Of a DNA stretch of 64,000 nt, positions 30,320 through 42,440 are shown piece by piece (position 1 is the stretch's first letter; each line of letters starts with the position of its first letter). The stretch is taken from the NCBI RefSeq assembly GCF_009914755.1, contig NC_060933.1, one strand, 5' to 3'. This DNA is from the human T2T-CHM13v2.0 reference genome, Homo sapiens. Under the pieces are notes generated by a model that worked only from the letters and a program-made list of their open reading frames with translations, was not told the origin of the DNA and did no database searches. Made by a program: the position numbers and the translations under genes.

Positions 30320-31160
30320 GCTTTTACAGAAATTTTCAAAACAGAAATAAAGTGCATATTATAATGAATCACTATGACCTCATTATCCAGTTTCAGCAAA
30401 ACAACTTTCTGCCTTATTTCATTGCATTCCTCCTTTTTAACACGAAATATTTTAAAGTATATAATAGATAAAATTTAATCAAATCACAAATATTTTCATA
30501 TATATGCTAACATATAAGGATATTTTCCCATCGTATCAAGATAACTAACACAAACAACAAAATTAAAGGTTATTTCATGTTATAAATTAATATAAAATTT
30601 CCATTTTTTGGTCCTAGTTTTATATATAAATTTTTGTTGTTGTTGTGGTTTAGAATTTCGTTCCAAATAAAATTCACTCCTTATGTTTGGCTTATATAAT
30701 TTTAGTCTTTTTGCATGTTTCCTGCAGTATTAATTTATTAAAAAAAATATGCCACTTGTCAGGAGGAATTTTCTAAATTCGGAATTCAGTTAATTATATT
30801 TTTACAGTGTCGCTAAGTATGCCTCTCACTTTCCATGTTTCTTGTACATCAAGTTAAATGTATGATTCATGTTCAATGTTGCAAATAATGTGCTACAAGA
30901 AGTATTATCTAATTCATACTGTATTGTATCAAGAACCATATCATGTTTGTTTACCTATTATTTAACAATTTTAATACTGATTGGAGATTCAAGTGCACTA
31001 GCCTGATCCACATATTACAACATTTAACATCAGCATCCCACAATGGTTAGCAGCCATTGATGACTTATTAGCATTCGTTGACTGTAGTTCCAAGGTTGAA
31101 CTTTCCCTCAGTATGTGTTTTGTTACCTTTAAGTATTATTTATATAAAAATGCAGGATAA
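30320..31160 (-). mobile_element. L1MC5-like 3' UTR fragment
   Basis: AAATTTTCAAAACAGAAA...TATAATGAATC...ATCCAGTTTCAGCAA and AGCCTGATCC...AATGGTTAGCAGCCATTGATGA. Confidence 0.55.
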
Positions 31161-31179
31161 ATATTGATTTTAATTATAA

Positions 31180-31275
31180 ATTAAACCAATATTATACAAT
31201 ATATAAAATAATATATTGTAGTATTACATATACTATTATACATCTATATATTATAGTATTATGTATTACATATAT
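31180..31275. repeat. TA-rich low-complexity tract
   Basis: Seen directly. Confidence 0.75.
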
Positions 31276-32259
31276 AAGAGCAAGAAAATTTGATGAGGGA
31301 TTCAGGAAATGTCATGGAGATAATGTTTATTAGTTTGTCATGTTTTTCTGATAGTTGAAGCCATGTGAGTGACTGAATAAAGACAGAGAAGAGACAAAAG
31401 TTAATAAAAGATACAAAAATATTTCTACTATATTTTGAGTGGGCAATGCAGCAGAAGTTGAGATGTTTAAGGAAATAGCAATGATTTGGGCTTGAAAGAC
31501 AATAGGAAAACCAGCAAATACTCACTATTTAGAAAGGTAAAGAAGATATTTGCATAAGGAGGAGATTAATTGCATTTCAAAATATAAAATAGGACTAAAT
31601 TTGTCATGAGATAAACATTGTTAATATTTGAAAAATGATGTCAGTACAATAGAGAAGACTACAGTCAAACTTTAAAAGATTGGAAATGTTCGCTGAGAAG
31701 TTAGAAGTATTGAATGTAGCTTATTGATTTTCAAAATTTTAAAATAAAAGTAATAAGAGAAACTGGGATAATACTTTCAAAGGGGGTTAGAAAATAAGAA
31801 TTTAATCTAATTTGTATTATAAAGAAAAAATTTTAAAAAACCTAGAGAGGGAATACATGGTTCTGGAGGAATGAAGAAAAGAGTTAGTATAAATTGAGGT
31901 TGGCATGAAAATCAGAGGAATATAGATTAAGGAAAATGATGAACAACTAGAATATGCCACACTACATGTTAAATGTAGAAGAACATGAATTAGCCATAAC
32001 TATGTATTCATTGAGCATAGAAGGTGTCCACAGTCTAGGTGATCAACAGAGTCAAATACAATTGTTTTATTTTATTTCTTCTCCTCAAACTCCTCCTTCT
32101 TTTCTTTTTTCACTATAACTAAGATTTGGAGGGGCTTAATTAAGCAACTATTAATCTCAGAAGCATACTAGGTCAGTGAGATCAAACTGTAAGTACTATA
32201 ATATTAAAATTAATAGATTGTGTGTAGTGTCTACCAGTGTCAAATACATGAATGTTTAT

Positions 32260-32700
32260 GGCTATGTTTTTACCCACAGAACACTGACACTAAAACTGTG
32301 TTTTTTTCCCATACCAATACCCAGTTTTCTAACTTGCTGGACAGTGATTATAGGTTCAAGGATTTATTTCAATTCTGACACTAACTACCTGGAGTGAGTA
32401 TTGGACCCCACAGATTATGAACTCACTCTTGCAAGATTGCCCCCATTTTAGAGACCAATCACTAGTCTCAGGCTTTGCTTACTTCTGACTGACCAAATAT
32501 ACATTGGGACTTCCCATGACCCCTTCTTTGGGTTTGAAAATTTGCTAAAAGAGTTCACAGAACTCAGGGAAAACCATTTGCTATTACCATTTTATTATAA
32601 AGGATACTGCTCAGGAACTGCCAAATGGAAGACATGCATAGGGCAAGGTATGGGGGAAGAGCAAGGGAGTTTACATGCCCTCTCTGGGAGCACCACCTTC
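32260..32700 (-). mobile_element. MER21-group LTR fragment
   Basis: TTCAATTCTGACACTAACTACCTGGAG...CACAGAACTCAGGGAAAAC...TTATTATAAAGGATAC...CCAAATGGAAGACATGCATAGGGCAAGGTATGGGGGAAG. Confidence 0.8.
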
Positions 32701-35700
32701 ACTAAACAAACTTTTATTTACTGATTGCTTGAAACTGAGCTAGGTAATATAGCCAATAGAGAGAAGAATAAAATATGCTCCATGCCTTAGAGAAGTTCAC
32801 AGAGTGGTAGAGTGTACTAGGATACATTATTTTTGGAAGCTTTCATCCCCCAGGTGTACATGGCTACTTGTATAATTTATTTTCTGCGCCAGTGTTTTAC
32901 AATTAATCATAAAAATATCATGTAGGGGACAACATTCGTGAGGCCATAGTATAATCAGTCATGGCTTAGAATCTCCTGGGCTGAGTAAATACATGTGAGA
33001 GTGACAAGGAAATTGCAAAGGTCGGGTTGAAAAATATAAGAAGGGCTAGAAAATTTTCAGATAACAGATTGCAGGCAAACTGATTCCCTTGCTCTGCAAT
33101 GACCAGACAGGAGCTAAGTCACTGGAGGATATTATGTCTGTGACTTTCAGAAGCTAAATATTGAAGACATAACCAATTTGCCTAGTTAGGAGAGTTTGGT
33201 AGCTGCAATGGTGAGTCTCCAGTGACAAGCAACGAAGAGGCACATTCCAATTTATCTGTGATTGCTGTTTCACACTGTTTCTTGAAGGGGCCAAAATACT
33301 GGACACATCTGACTGGAGGAGTTTCCCATTCTTAAAATCAAGGAGTGGGGGTAGATATTAAGAGGTTCTATTATGAGACCTTTTTCAGCACTGCACCCCC
33401 ATAACAGTTTTCTGCTTTAGGAAGCCAAGTGGCCAGAATATTCAATTTGATCAACTTCAAAAAATTACTGAGAAAAGAAAATATCAGAGGAAATAATAAG
33501 ATTACTAACCTTTTTTATGGTGATGACAGAGGTGGTACAAATATTAAGTACTATTGTCTAAAGTGAATGGCACTGTATTATAAGATTATTTCCTGATTTA
33601 TAAGAGGTGAAAGAAAGAATAATCAATGATGCCTTGGGATGACTATCCTGTTTCCCATTTCTTCCAATTTTTCCTCACTTCTGCTTAGTCAAAATTGTAT
33701 ACCAATACATCCATGAACGTTCTCCCAATGAGTTTACCTGGAAACATGCTATCACCTAAGTCTAAGTTTGTATATTTTGTACTTTCTTATTTAAAACATT
33801 AACCATATTTGACTGCATATTAGAGAAATGTTAATATTTTTATCAAAAAAAGAAGAGAAAGAGCTAAAAACAACGGCCCTATAATTCCTTCATTATTAAT
33901 TTTCCAATTGTGATTCACCATGGACCTTCATTTTGCTTACCTATGCAATGGACTTTTATTTCCCTTGGTGTGTTTCTTGAGGAAAATTACTAGCATTTAT
34001 TCATCCCAACCCAGACAGAAATATTTCACACATAATTCAAAATAGTCTGACACATATCAAGGTATAACAAATGTTAATTTTTCTCTCTGCCTTCAGACAC
34101 CCAGCTAGTAAACTCATTCCTTCTAATATGATGATGATATGTTCACTAATAATGCCCAGAGAATGAATTCATACATAAATGTGGCATCCAGTTTCTTAAA
34201 TGCAGTAATTTAAAAACTGACTTTTAGGGAAAGCTAAGGTTTGTTGTGCAGAAGTACATCAGAGATCACTGTGGAGGGCAGAGATGGATGAGGTTTGGTG
34301 TGGAAACAGAGAAATAAGCAGAATACTCTTCATGTTAACTTCAACCAGTGCAGCTCGACATTTGAAATGCTTTGATTTGGCCCTACCTAATGTTTCAGTA
34401 AAAAAAAAAAAAAACTCAGCTGATAAAAATAACAAAAGTAATATCTGATCGACCGCAGTTATAATCCTGGCTCTGTCACTTGGGAGTTGTTATGCTCTAT
34501 CTTGTCTTGTGAGGGTCAGATGATTTAGGCTGTCTTTCTTCATGCATATCCCATGGATTACTCCTACTCTTTTCAAGAAAATTCCTGGTCCTAAGGTTGA
34601 CCAATTGAAGATTAAAAATACTCATTTGCACTTTTGCATCATTATACTTGGTGGTGGTGTGGGCAAGAGAATAATCAGATGAAGCTAATTTCAGATTTTC
34701 TTGATGTCTTGTGGAACATCATTTTAACTGGTACACTAATGCTGAAGTTCATTTCATGAACTCCAAGTCTCATTTCCTCTATGATTTTTTTAGTTAACAG
34801 ATTTTTTCCCTATGACACAACTATCAAATCAGGTTCTCAGAATCTCCCTACTCAAGGAATATTTTATTACTTATTTGACTACTAGAAGTAAAAGCTAGGT
34901 TCTGTATTCACAAACATAGGTTTTGGAAAAGCGCCATAACATCACTTTCATTGATGGTGCAGTGGTATGAAGCCATCTTTGTGTTAAGCACAGCAAATGT
35001 TTGATTTTATGTGAAAAGTGCTAAATTGAGACAAATTCATGATTTTGACATCGAACCAGAAAAAAATTTCCATTTTGTATAAGTGAGTTTCAACTTGTAA
35101 GCCTAATGGCATGTATATTTCTTTATGTCAGTTTGATTGTGTGTGTTAAATCTAAACCTAAACTTTCCATCTGAAATGCAGGCAAAAAATAAAATAAATA
35201 ACCTTGTTTTTATTTAACTAATGGGAAAAATCTGAGCTTAAAGAAATATATAAATGACTATTTTTTATATTCAGAATTAATGCAATATTTACTATTTCAG
35301 CTTTAAAACATTTTGGTATTAAGTCCTATGCTTAACGTAGGCCATAGTAGTTCTTATGAATACTCTAAATGCAGAGGAAATAGTCATGGTGTTCAAATAA
35401 TGCTATTACAACAAGAAGTTATAGTAAATCTGTTAAATGAAAACTCATCTCTATTGTACTGTGATAGAAATGGAATTATAATGAAATTCTATAAATTATA
35501 GATAGAAATATTATGACAGACCCATTAAGAAAGTTATTTTAAATATACAAAAATATAATAACAATGTTACAAGTTATATTTCTTCCAAGAATAAAGCAAA
35601 AATATCAATTATTTCTAATAGAAATAAGTCATATATCAGGTATATGTCATTATCAAATTCATGTTACTTGCTCATATGTTATTTCAACATTATCTTTCAA

Positions 35701-37152
35701 TTATCCTAGTTCCTTTTCATAATAATCTTGAACTGAATTAACTAAATTGTAAAATGGTTTGAATTTCATAATGTCTTTTGGCAGACCTCATTGATTTTCC
35801 AAGTTACATGGTCATTAATTGCCAGTAATACCTTCCAATCCAGGTAAAATTGATTATAGTTTAAGCTATTTTCTGTATTGTTTAAGAAACCACTGGTTCC
35901 AGTCTAGAGGTGTGACATTATTAATTTTGTTCTGCTACTCTCCAGACAATTAATAATCAGTTTCACTGCTGCTTTTTCTAATTTTTGCTGTAAGAAAGAC
36001 AAAAATGTTGCTTTGTGTGACAGAGAAATATACCGCAATTTAGACTTTTTAGTGTTAATGAAAAACTTTTGTTTATGACTTTGTGTTTTTAAAATTCAAA
36101 AATAAGGATCATGAAGTTTTAAATCTGTTTTAAAATCAATTATGTAGGATGTGCCAAGTGCCCTTTCATTCTGGGCACATGTTTATTACACCTTTATTGA
36201 TTACATCTGTTAGAATTGTCTATAAACCAAGGATGTGCTACAGGCTTACCTTCACATTTGACCTGGTGGATCTGGTAAACGTAAAGTCAGTTTCCTGCAA
36301 GACAGAAAAGACAAAGCCTATTTATTCCTGTTCTCTGTTTCAATTGAATTGAGAATAACTTTAAGTTTGAACATGCTTAACTATGTCATGTTTTTTTAAG
36401 GCTTTAAAGACTTTATGAAAGCAAATGGTATATTGTCTTCATTTCACTTTGAAAGTCCACCCCGGCATTGCTGTTCAAAGTAATATTATTGATATTTATG
36501 AATTGCTAAATGATGAAAGAGCACAATAATACGTTATCCTTAATTTCACTCCTTCATTCTACCTTAATGACATAAACCATAACTTGTATAAAAGTAGGTA
36601 AAAATAAGAGAACCTCAAAGTTGATTTGAGAGAGAGAGAGAGAAAGAAAGAGAATATCATGCTGTCCCCTGCAGCTAGGACATAAATTCAAAACATATGC
36701 TTCCTCTGTTGCACCTAATGGATTTCATTATAATTCCCTTCAACAAATATTTATTGTCTGGTTTCTCAAATTCAATCAATTGATACTTAACACAGAGTTT
36801 AATTGTATTTTCCACCACCATGTACCTTAGAGAGAGGTATTATTAGACTGAAATATTAACTTTAATAACATAAGAAGCATATTATGAAACAGAAATCTGT
36901 GCCATGGAGTTAGTGGCATTTCTTTAAACATTTATTCAGCCAATTGGAAAGAAAGTTCTAAGAACCTCTTGACTAAGTATCATGAATATATAACAGCAAT
37001 ACCTAGTGATAGGAACAGTTATTAATGGGAATACAACACTATGAAGAGGTGAAAAGCAAAATAAATATGACTTTAACAGAATAGAATTTTGGGTGGGGTG
37101 TGTGTCAAAAATTATTAAACTTCCTCTCTCCAAATATTACTTTGATTCCATT

Positions 37153-37155
37153 CTT

Positions 37156-37204
<49 letters not shown>

Positions 37205-37232
37205 TACACACACATGCACACACACACCTCTC
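37153..37232. repeat. Compound (TC)n(CA)n microsatellite
   Basis: Seen directly. Confidence 0.95.
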
Positions 37233-37234
37233 TG

Positions 37235-38462
37235 GGACTCAAAATCTCAGTATATTAGAAATTTCAAACTTGTCCCAATGTGTCTGATACTCTTTTCTCT
37301 TTTTTCTCTTTTGTTTTACTCTCCATGATTCAAACTACATGTTTCTATTTACCTCTCTTTTAGTGCAAAAGTACTCCTTTCTAATGGCTGCACATACTAT
37401 GCTATATATACAATAATACTATATATTGAATTACTAATTGTTGTATTTGTATGTGTATTTTTAAGACACAGTCTTGTTCTGTTGCCCAGTATGGAGTGCA
37501 GTGGCACAATCATAGACGGGATTACAAGCATGAGCCACTATGCCAGGCCAATTTATAGGCTTTTATTTGATTGTCATTTAAATATATATTCCAGTTCTCT
37601 GCTGAAGTTCTCCATTTTGTTATGTCCTTTTTCAACATATTTATGACAGGTGCTTTAAATGTGTGACTAGTAAGTTCAATATTTTAGTCTTTTGTCAGTG
37701 TCATTGTCTATTGGTTCTGATTCATATTTTGCAGAGTATTTTTTGACAAAATGTCACACATTTTATCATCTTCTTTCAAGAAGGGTTGAGCTCTATCCTC
37801 AGTCCTCAATAGGAATAGGAATAGAACATCTTAATCTAATTAGAGACAGAGCTGACTGGTTGCTGGTTTGGATTTTTTATTAAGCTGTGTCTACCTATAA
37901 TTAGCATAGACTTTTAGAGTGTAACACCCCAGGAGTTCTGTCTGTGAGTCTATGGAGTTTACTGGATTCTCTGCCTTAGAAGGTTATGAATTCCAGTTTT
38001 TGTCTTCTCATCACTATGATACTGTGGTACACTACCATCTGTGTCAGAAGTATGCTGCTTAATTTTACAGAATTACAAAGTCTGTTAAAGCCTCATAAAG
38101 GAATATTGAACTGCCCAAGACTATTCTACCATGGTAGTACCTTTCATTTTTTATTTTTATTTTTATTTTTGCTTCTCTACCTCTATAAAATTGCCAAAAA
38201 TCTACAGGATTGACAGCTACATAGTCTTGGCTACTACTATTCTCCATCTCTGCCCTGCCCCAAGAATAAATAATGCCCAGAAGGAAAAGCTGAATGCGGC
38301 ATTTCAACTCATACTCTGAAATTCACTTCTTTTGGAATCTTGACCCATCAGCTCCTTGTTGCCTCACAGCTTTCTGGCAACTTTAAAAAGATGTTTTCTA
38401 GTTGTTCTTGACGGAAGCATAAGCCTGACGCAAGGTAGTCATCATGACTAGAAACAAAAGTC
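37235..38462 (-). mobile_element. Old L1ME-type ORF1 start and 5' UTR fragment
   Basis: TCCAGTTCTCTGCTGAAGTTCTCCATTT, and the terminus TTTCTAGTTGTTCTTGACGGAAG...CATGACTAGAAACAAAAGTC typical of L1MEf/g 5' ends. Confidence 0.6.
37458..37549 (-). mobile_element. Internally deleted old Alu (AluJ/FRAM-like)
   Basis: Tail-side AGACACAGTCTTGTTCTGTTGCCCAG..TGGAGTGCAGTGGCACAATCATAG is joined directly to head-side GGGATTACAAGCATGAGCCACTATGCCAGGCC. Confidence 0.8.
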
Positions 38463-38539
38463 CTAGAAAATTCATCTGGATGTCATATGTTTATAGCATT
38501 GTAGAAGAGACTGAATAATAAAAGTAAGAAAAGCCCATT

Positions 38540-38725
38540 GTAATGGAGCTTGTAAGCCATATTCAAGCATATGATTTTTATAATGATAATCTATTGCAGA
38601 AATTTATGCAATAGGAGATATAATTGATTTTACATTTAAAAAGGACAAATTTATCACCAAGGAAGATTCACTAGATCAGTATGAGAGTAGGAACTATCTA
38701 TAAAAATGATAGGCAAGAAGTAATA
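38540..38725 (-). mobile_element. L2 fragment
   Basis: GCTTGTAAGCCATATT...GCAATAGGAGATATAATTGATTTTACATTTAAAAAGGA. Confidence 0.45.
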
Positions 38726-38800
38726 TATTAATTTAATGACTAATAGTTTTCTTTTATATGCTAAACATCTAAAGGTGACACACATTTAAATACTTTATAG

Positions 38801-39095
38801 CACTTTAGGAGGGGGAGGCAGGCTGATCACCTGAGGTAAGGAGTTCAAGACCAGCCTGGCCATAGTGAAACCCTATCTCTACTAAAAATACAAAAAAATT
38901 AGCTGGGTGTGGTGGCAGGCGCCTGTAATCCCAGCTACTTGGGAGGCTGAGGCAGAAGAATTGCTTGAACTCATGAAGGCAGAGGTTTCAGTGAGCCGAA
39001 ATCACACCATTGCACTCTAGCCTGGGCAACAAGAGTGAAACTCCGTCTCAAACAAAACAAAACAAACAAACAAAAAAACTACAAAACAACAACAA
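38801..39095 (+). mobile_element. 5'-truncated AluS (Sq/Sp-like)
   Basis: Starts at CACTTTAGGAGG; CCATTGCACTCTAGCCTGGGCAACAAGAGTGAAACTCC; A/C-rich tail. TSD AAATACTTTATAG (38788-38800) / AAAAACTTTACAG (39096-39108). Confidence 0.9.
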
Positions 39096-39662
39096 AAAAA
39101 CTTTACAGTTTTCAAATTAATCAATTACTCTTATATGTAAGATAAAAACTGATTTCTGTTTCTGATACAATTTGTATTATTTACTCACAAAAGTGCTTTA
39201 TTAAATATAGCATGATTTACTTTTATTAAATATAGCATAATTTACTTTATTATTAAACTTTTATCCACACTATATTAATATAAATATTCAAACAAAAAAT
39301 AAATTAAATAACCATACGTATTTGCATGTGTCTTTGTTAGTAGCAAGGAATTCCAGTTTCACAGTGAGAAAAACTGGATTTGATCCAAAATGCTGTAACT
39401 TCCAAATGATGTAAAATTAGGAAAGTCATTATTATCACTGAGTAAATTTGTTCAACTATAAAATGGGTAAAATATTCCCCTGTTGTAATTGTGTAATATG
39501 TGGGAAACATTTTGTGTGAGATAACAGTCAATGATAATCATTCAGAAGTGAATACAGGCAGAAGATAAATTTAATTTAGACATATAGATGTGAGATTTAT
39601 GGTTAAAAATGACATCATTTGGAGCTTCTAAATTTAAAAAAAGATTTTTAAAATTAACATTA

Positions 39663-39665
<3 letters not shown>

Positions 39666-39713
<48 letters not shown>
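39666..39713. repeat. Uninterrupted (AT)24 microsatellite
   Basis: 48 bp of perfectly alternating AT. Confidence 0.97.
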
Positions 39714-39715
<2 letters not shown>

Positions 39716-39785
39716 AAACACCAAAATACAGGAAACAAATCCAAGACCTTAAAACAGATAATAGAAATGGTTAAATTCTATACAG

Positions 39786-40051
39786 GTTGCCCAGACTGCA
39801 GTGCAGTGTTGTCATCTTGGCTCACTGCAACCTCCACCTACCAGGTTCAAGAGATTCTCATGCCTCAGCCTCCTGAGTAGCTGAGATTACAGGTGCTCAC
39901 CACCACACCTGGGTAATTTTTGTATTTTTTATTAGAGACAGGGTTTTGCCATGTTGTCTAGGCTGGCCTTAAGTTCCTGGCCTCAAGTGATCTGTCTGCC
40001 TCAACCTCCCAAAGTGCTGGGATTATAGGTGTCAGCCACTGCACTGGATCC
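39786..40051 (-). mobile_element. Alu (Jb/Sz-like) lacking its 3' end and poly-A
   Basis: GTTGCCCAGACTGCAGTGCAGTG...GGCCTCAAGTGATC...CCCAAAGTGCTGGGATTATAGG; no poly-T on the left. Confidence 0.9.
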
Positions 40052-40293
40052 TGTCAAGGTTTTTAAGTTAACATCATTATCATCAAGAAAATTTCAAATG
40101 TGAAATCTCACCAGAGACTTAGCATCAATTTTTCAAAAAGTAAAATATAATTATTATAACTTTAAAATATGCAGAGCTACTTGAAAAGAACATTTTATTG
40201 AAAAGAAAAACTATATCTTAAGATATACTTGATTTCGTATTGAAATTAATTTAGTATAAAATCTAAATTAAAATATGCTGGTATCATTTATAT

Positions 40294-40619
40294 CAGGAGT
40301 CCCCAACCCCAGGCCCTAGAGTAGTACCTGTGTGTGGCTTGTTGGAAATCGGGTGGCACAGCAGGAGGTGAGTAGTGGGCAGTGAGCCTGAGCTCCACCT
40401 CCTGTCAGATCAGCCAGGACATTAGATCACCATAGGAGTGCAAACCCTATTGTGAACTGTGCATGTGAGGGATCTAGGTTGCACACTCTGTGTGAGAATC
40501 TAATACCTGATAATCTGAGATGAAACAGTTTTCTCCTGAAACCATCCCCACCCTTCCATACATGGAAAAATTGTCTTCTATGAAACCAGTCCCTGGTGCC
40601 AAAAGATTGAGTACCACTG
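40294..40619 (+). mobile_element. MER1B hAT-Charlie MITE
   Basis: CAGGAGTCCCCAACCCC...GAAACCAGTCCCTGGTGCCAAAAGATTGAGTACCACTG; perfect 8-bp TSD ATTTATAT at 40286-40293 and 40620-40627. Confidence 0.93.
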
Positions 40620-41038
40620 ATTTATATAATTATTCTTGAAAAATTTAGGTTGAGGTTTCTAATACTGCCCAATTATGTAATCTTTACTGAGGCAAAGTTA
40701 TCATTGAAAGCAACTGTGATACTGTTTTGATAAGGTGCAGAACTAGTCAACTGAATTTGGGCATGAACTTTGCTAAGAAACCATAACTACACATTTAAAA
40801 CATTTGTGTATAATATCTTTCCTTAAGTGGGTCACTTGTACTGACGACAAGACTTCTTGGAATTACAAACCTTTTTACAGCAACAATGGCTTCTCTGTGT
40901 CATAATGATTAGCAATTCAAACATCATTGTTATTTTGAAAAACACATTTTTTAAACTTAATGTACGTCTTTTCCCAAAACAGATAAATAAGATCGATTGA
41001 AAAACTACACTGAATCATTAGACCTTTCATTTTTTATA

Positions 41039-42147
41039 CTTCTTCAAGTTTTTTAATTGATATGTAATAGTTTTACATATAAATGGGGTACATGTAATAT
41101 TTTGATATAAGCGTAAAATGTATAATGATCAAGCCTAGGTAACTGGAATTTCATTACCTCAAATATTTATCATTTTTTAATGTGAGAACATTCCAATATT
41201 CTATTCTAGCTATTTTGAAATATACAATACACTTTTAACTATAGAAATCCTACTGTGCTATCAAACACTAGATCTTATACCTTCTATCTAACTGTATTTT
41301 TGCAGCCATTAACCAATCTCTCTTCACCCTTCATCCTCACTTTCCTTCTCAGCCTCTGGTAACCATTATCCCATTAACTACCTCCATGAGACAAATATTT
41401 TAACTCTCACATATGAGTAAGAATATGCAATATTTACATTTTTCTGCTTGGCCGATTTCACTTATCATTATAACCTCCAGTTTTATCCATGTTGCTGCGA
41501 ATGACGGAATTTCTTTGTACTTTATGGCTGAATAATTTTCCGTTGTGCATATACACCACATTTTCCTTATCCACTGATGGACACTCAGGTTAATTTCATA
41601 TCTTGGCTATTGTGAATACTGTGGCAATAAACATAGGAGTGCAGGCATCTCTTTGATATTCCTGATTTTCTTTCTTTACAATATATACTCACAAGTGGGA
41701 TTGCTAGATCATACAGTAGAAAATATTTGAGCACCACTCATCCAACAATGATTAATGACCAGAAATATAAGGAACTCGAACTATTTAATAGCATAAAGCC
41801 AAATTATTGCATTTAAAAATGGGCAAAAGATCTGAATAGACATTTCTCAAAAGAAAAATACAAATAGCCACAGGTACATGAAAAAAAAAAAAGTTCAACA
41901 TTTCTAATGATCAGAGAGATGCAAATGGAAACCACAATGAGATATCTCCTTACCCCAGTTCAAATGGCTACTTTCAAAAGACACAAAGTAAATGCTAGCA
42001 AGGATGTGGAGAAAGGAGAACTCTTCTTATATACTGTTGGTGAGAATGTATATTAGTATAGCTGCTATGGAAAACACTATGGAGATTCCCAAAAAAACTA
42101 AAAATAGAATTACCATATAATCCAGCAACCCCACACCTGGATAGATA
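41039..42147 (-). mobile_element. 5'-inverted (twin-primed) L1MA4/5-like insertion
   Basis: 3' part on the minus strand (41039 to about 41720), inverted upstream part on the plus strand (about 41721-42147); perfect TSD TCATTTTTTATA at 41027-41038 and 42148-42159. Confidence 0.88.
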
Positions 42148-42209
42148 TCATTTTTTATATATTAACATTGATCTGTTAAAGTAACCTACATCTCAGTACT
42201 CATATGAAA

Positions 42210-42440
42210 TGATAGTCATTATTAATCTTATATTTTATAGCTCTTTACAAATCAATGAAATACTTTTACGTAACTACAACTTATTGAATCTCTGTCAGAT
42301 ATAACCTTTAATAACATAGATTATTCTCATTTTTGCAATGAGAAAAGTGATGATTTTGGTACTTAGTAAGGTCACAAATATAGTATAAACATATAATAAG
42401 ACTAAGATTTGGTTTCAATCTTTCTAATTCCAAGGTCTTC
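42210..42440 (-). mobile_element. MIR fragment
   Basis: TTATTCTCATTTTGCAATGAGAAAAGTGA...ACTTAGTAAGGTCACA...TTCTAATTCCAAG. Confidence 0.55.
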
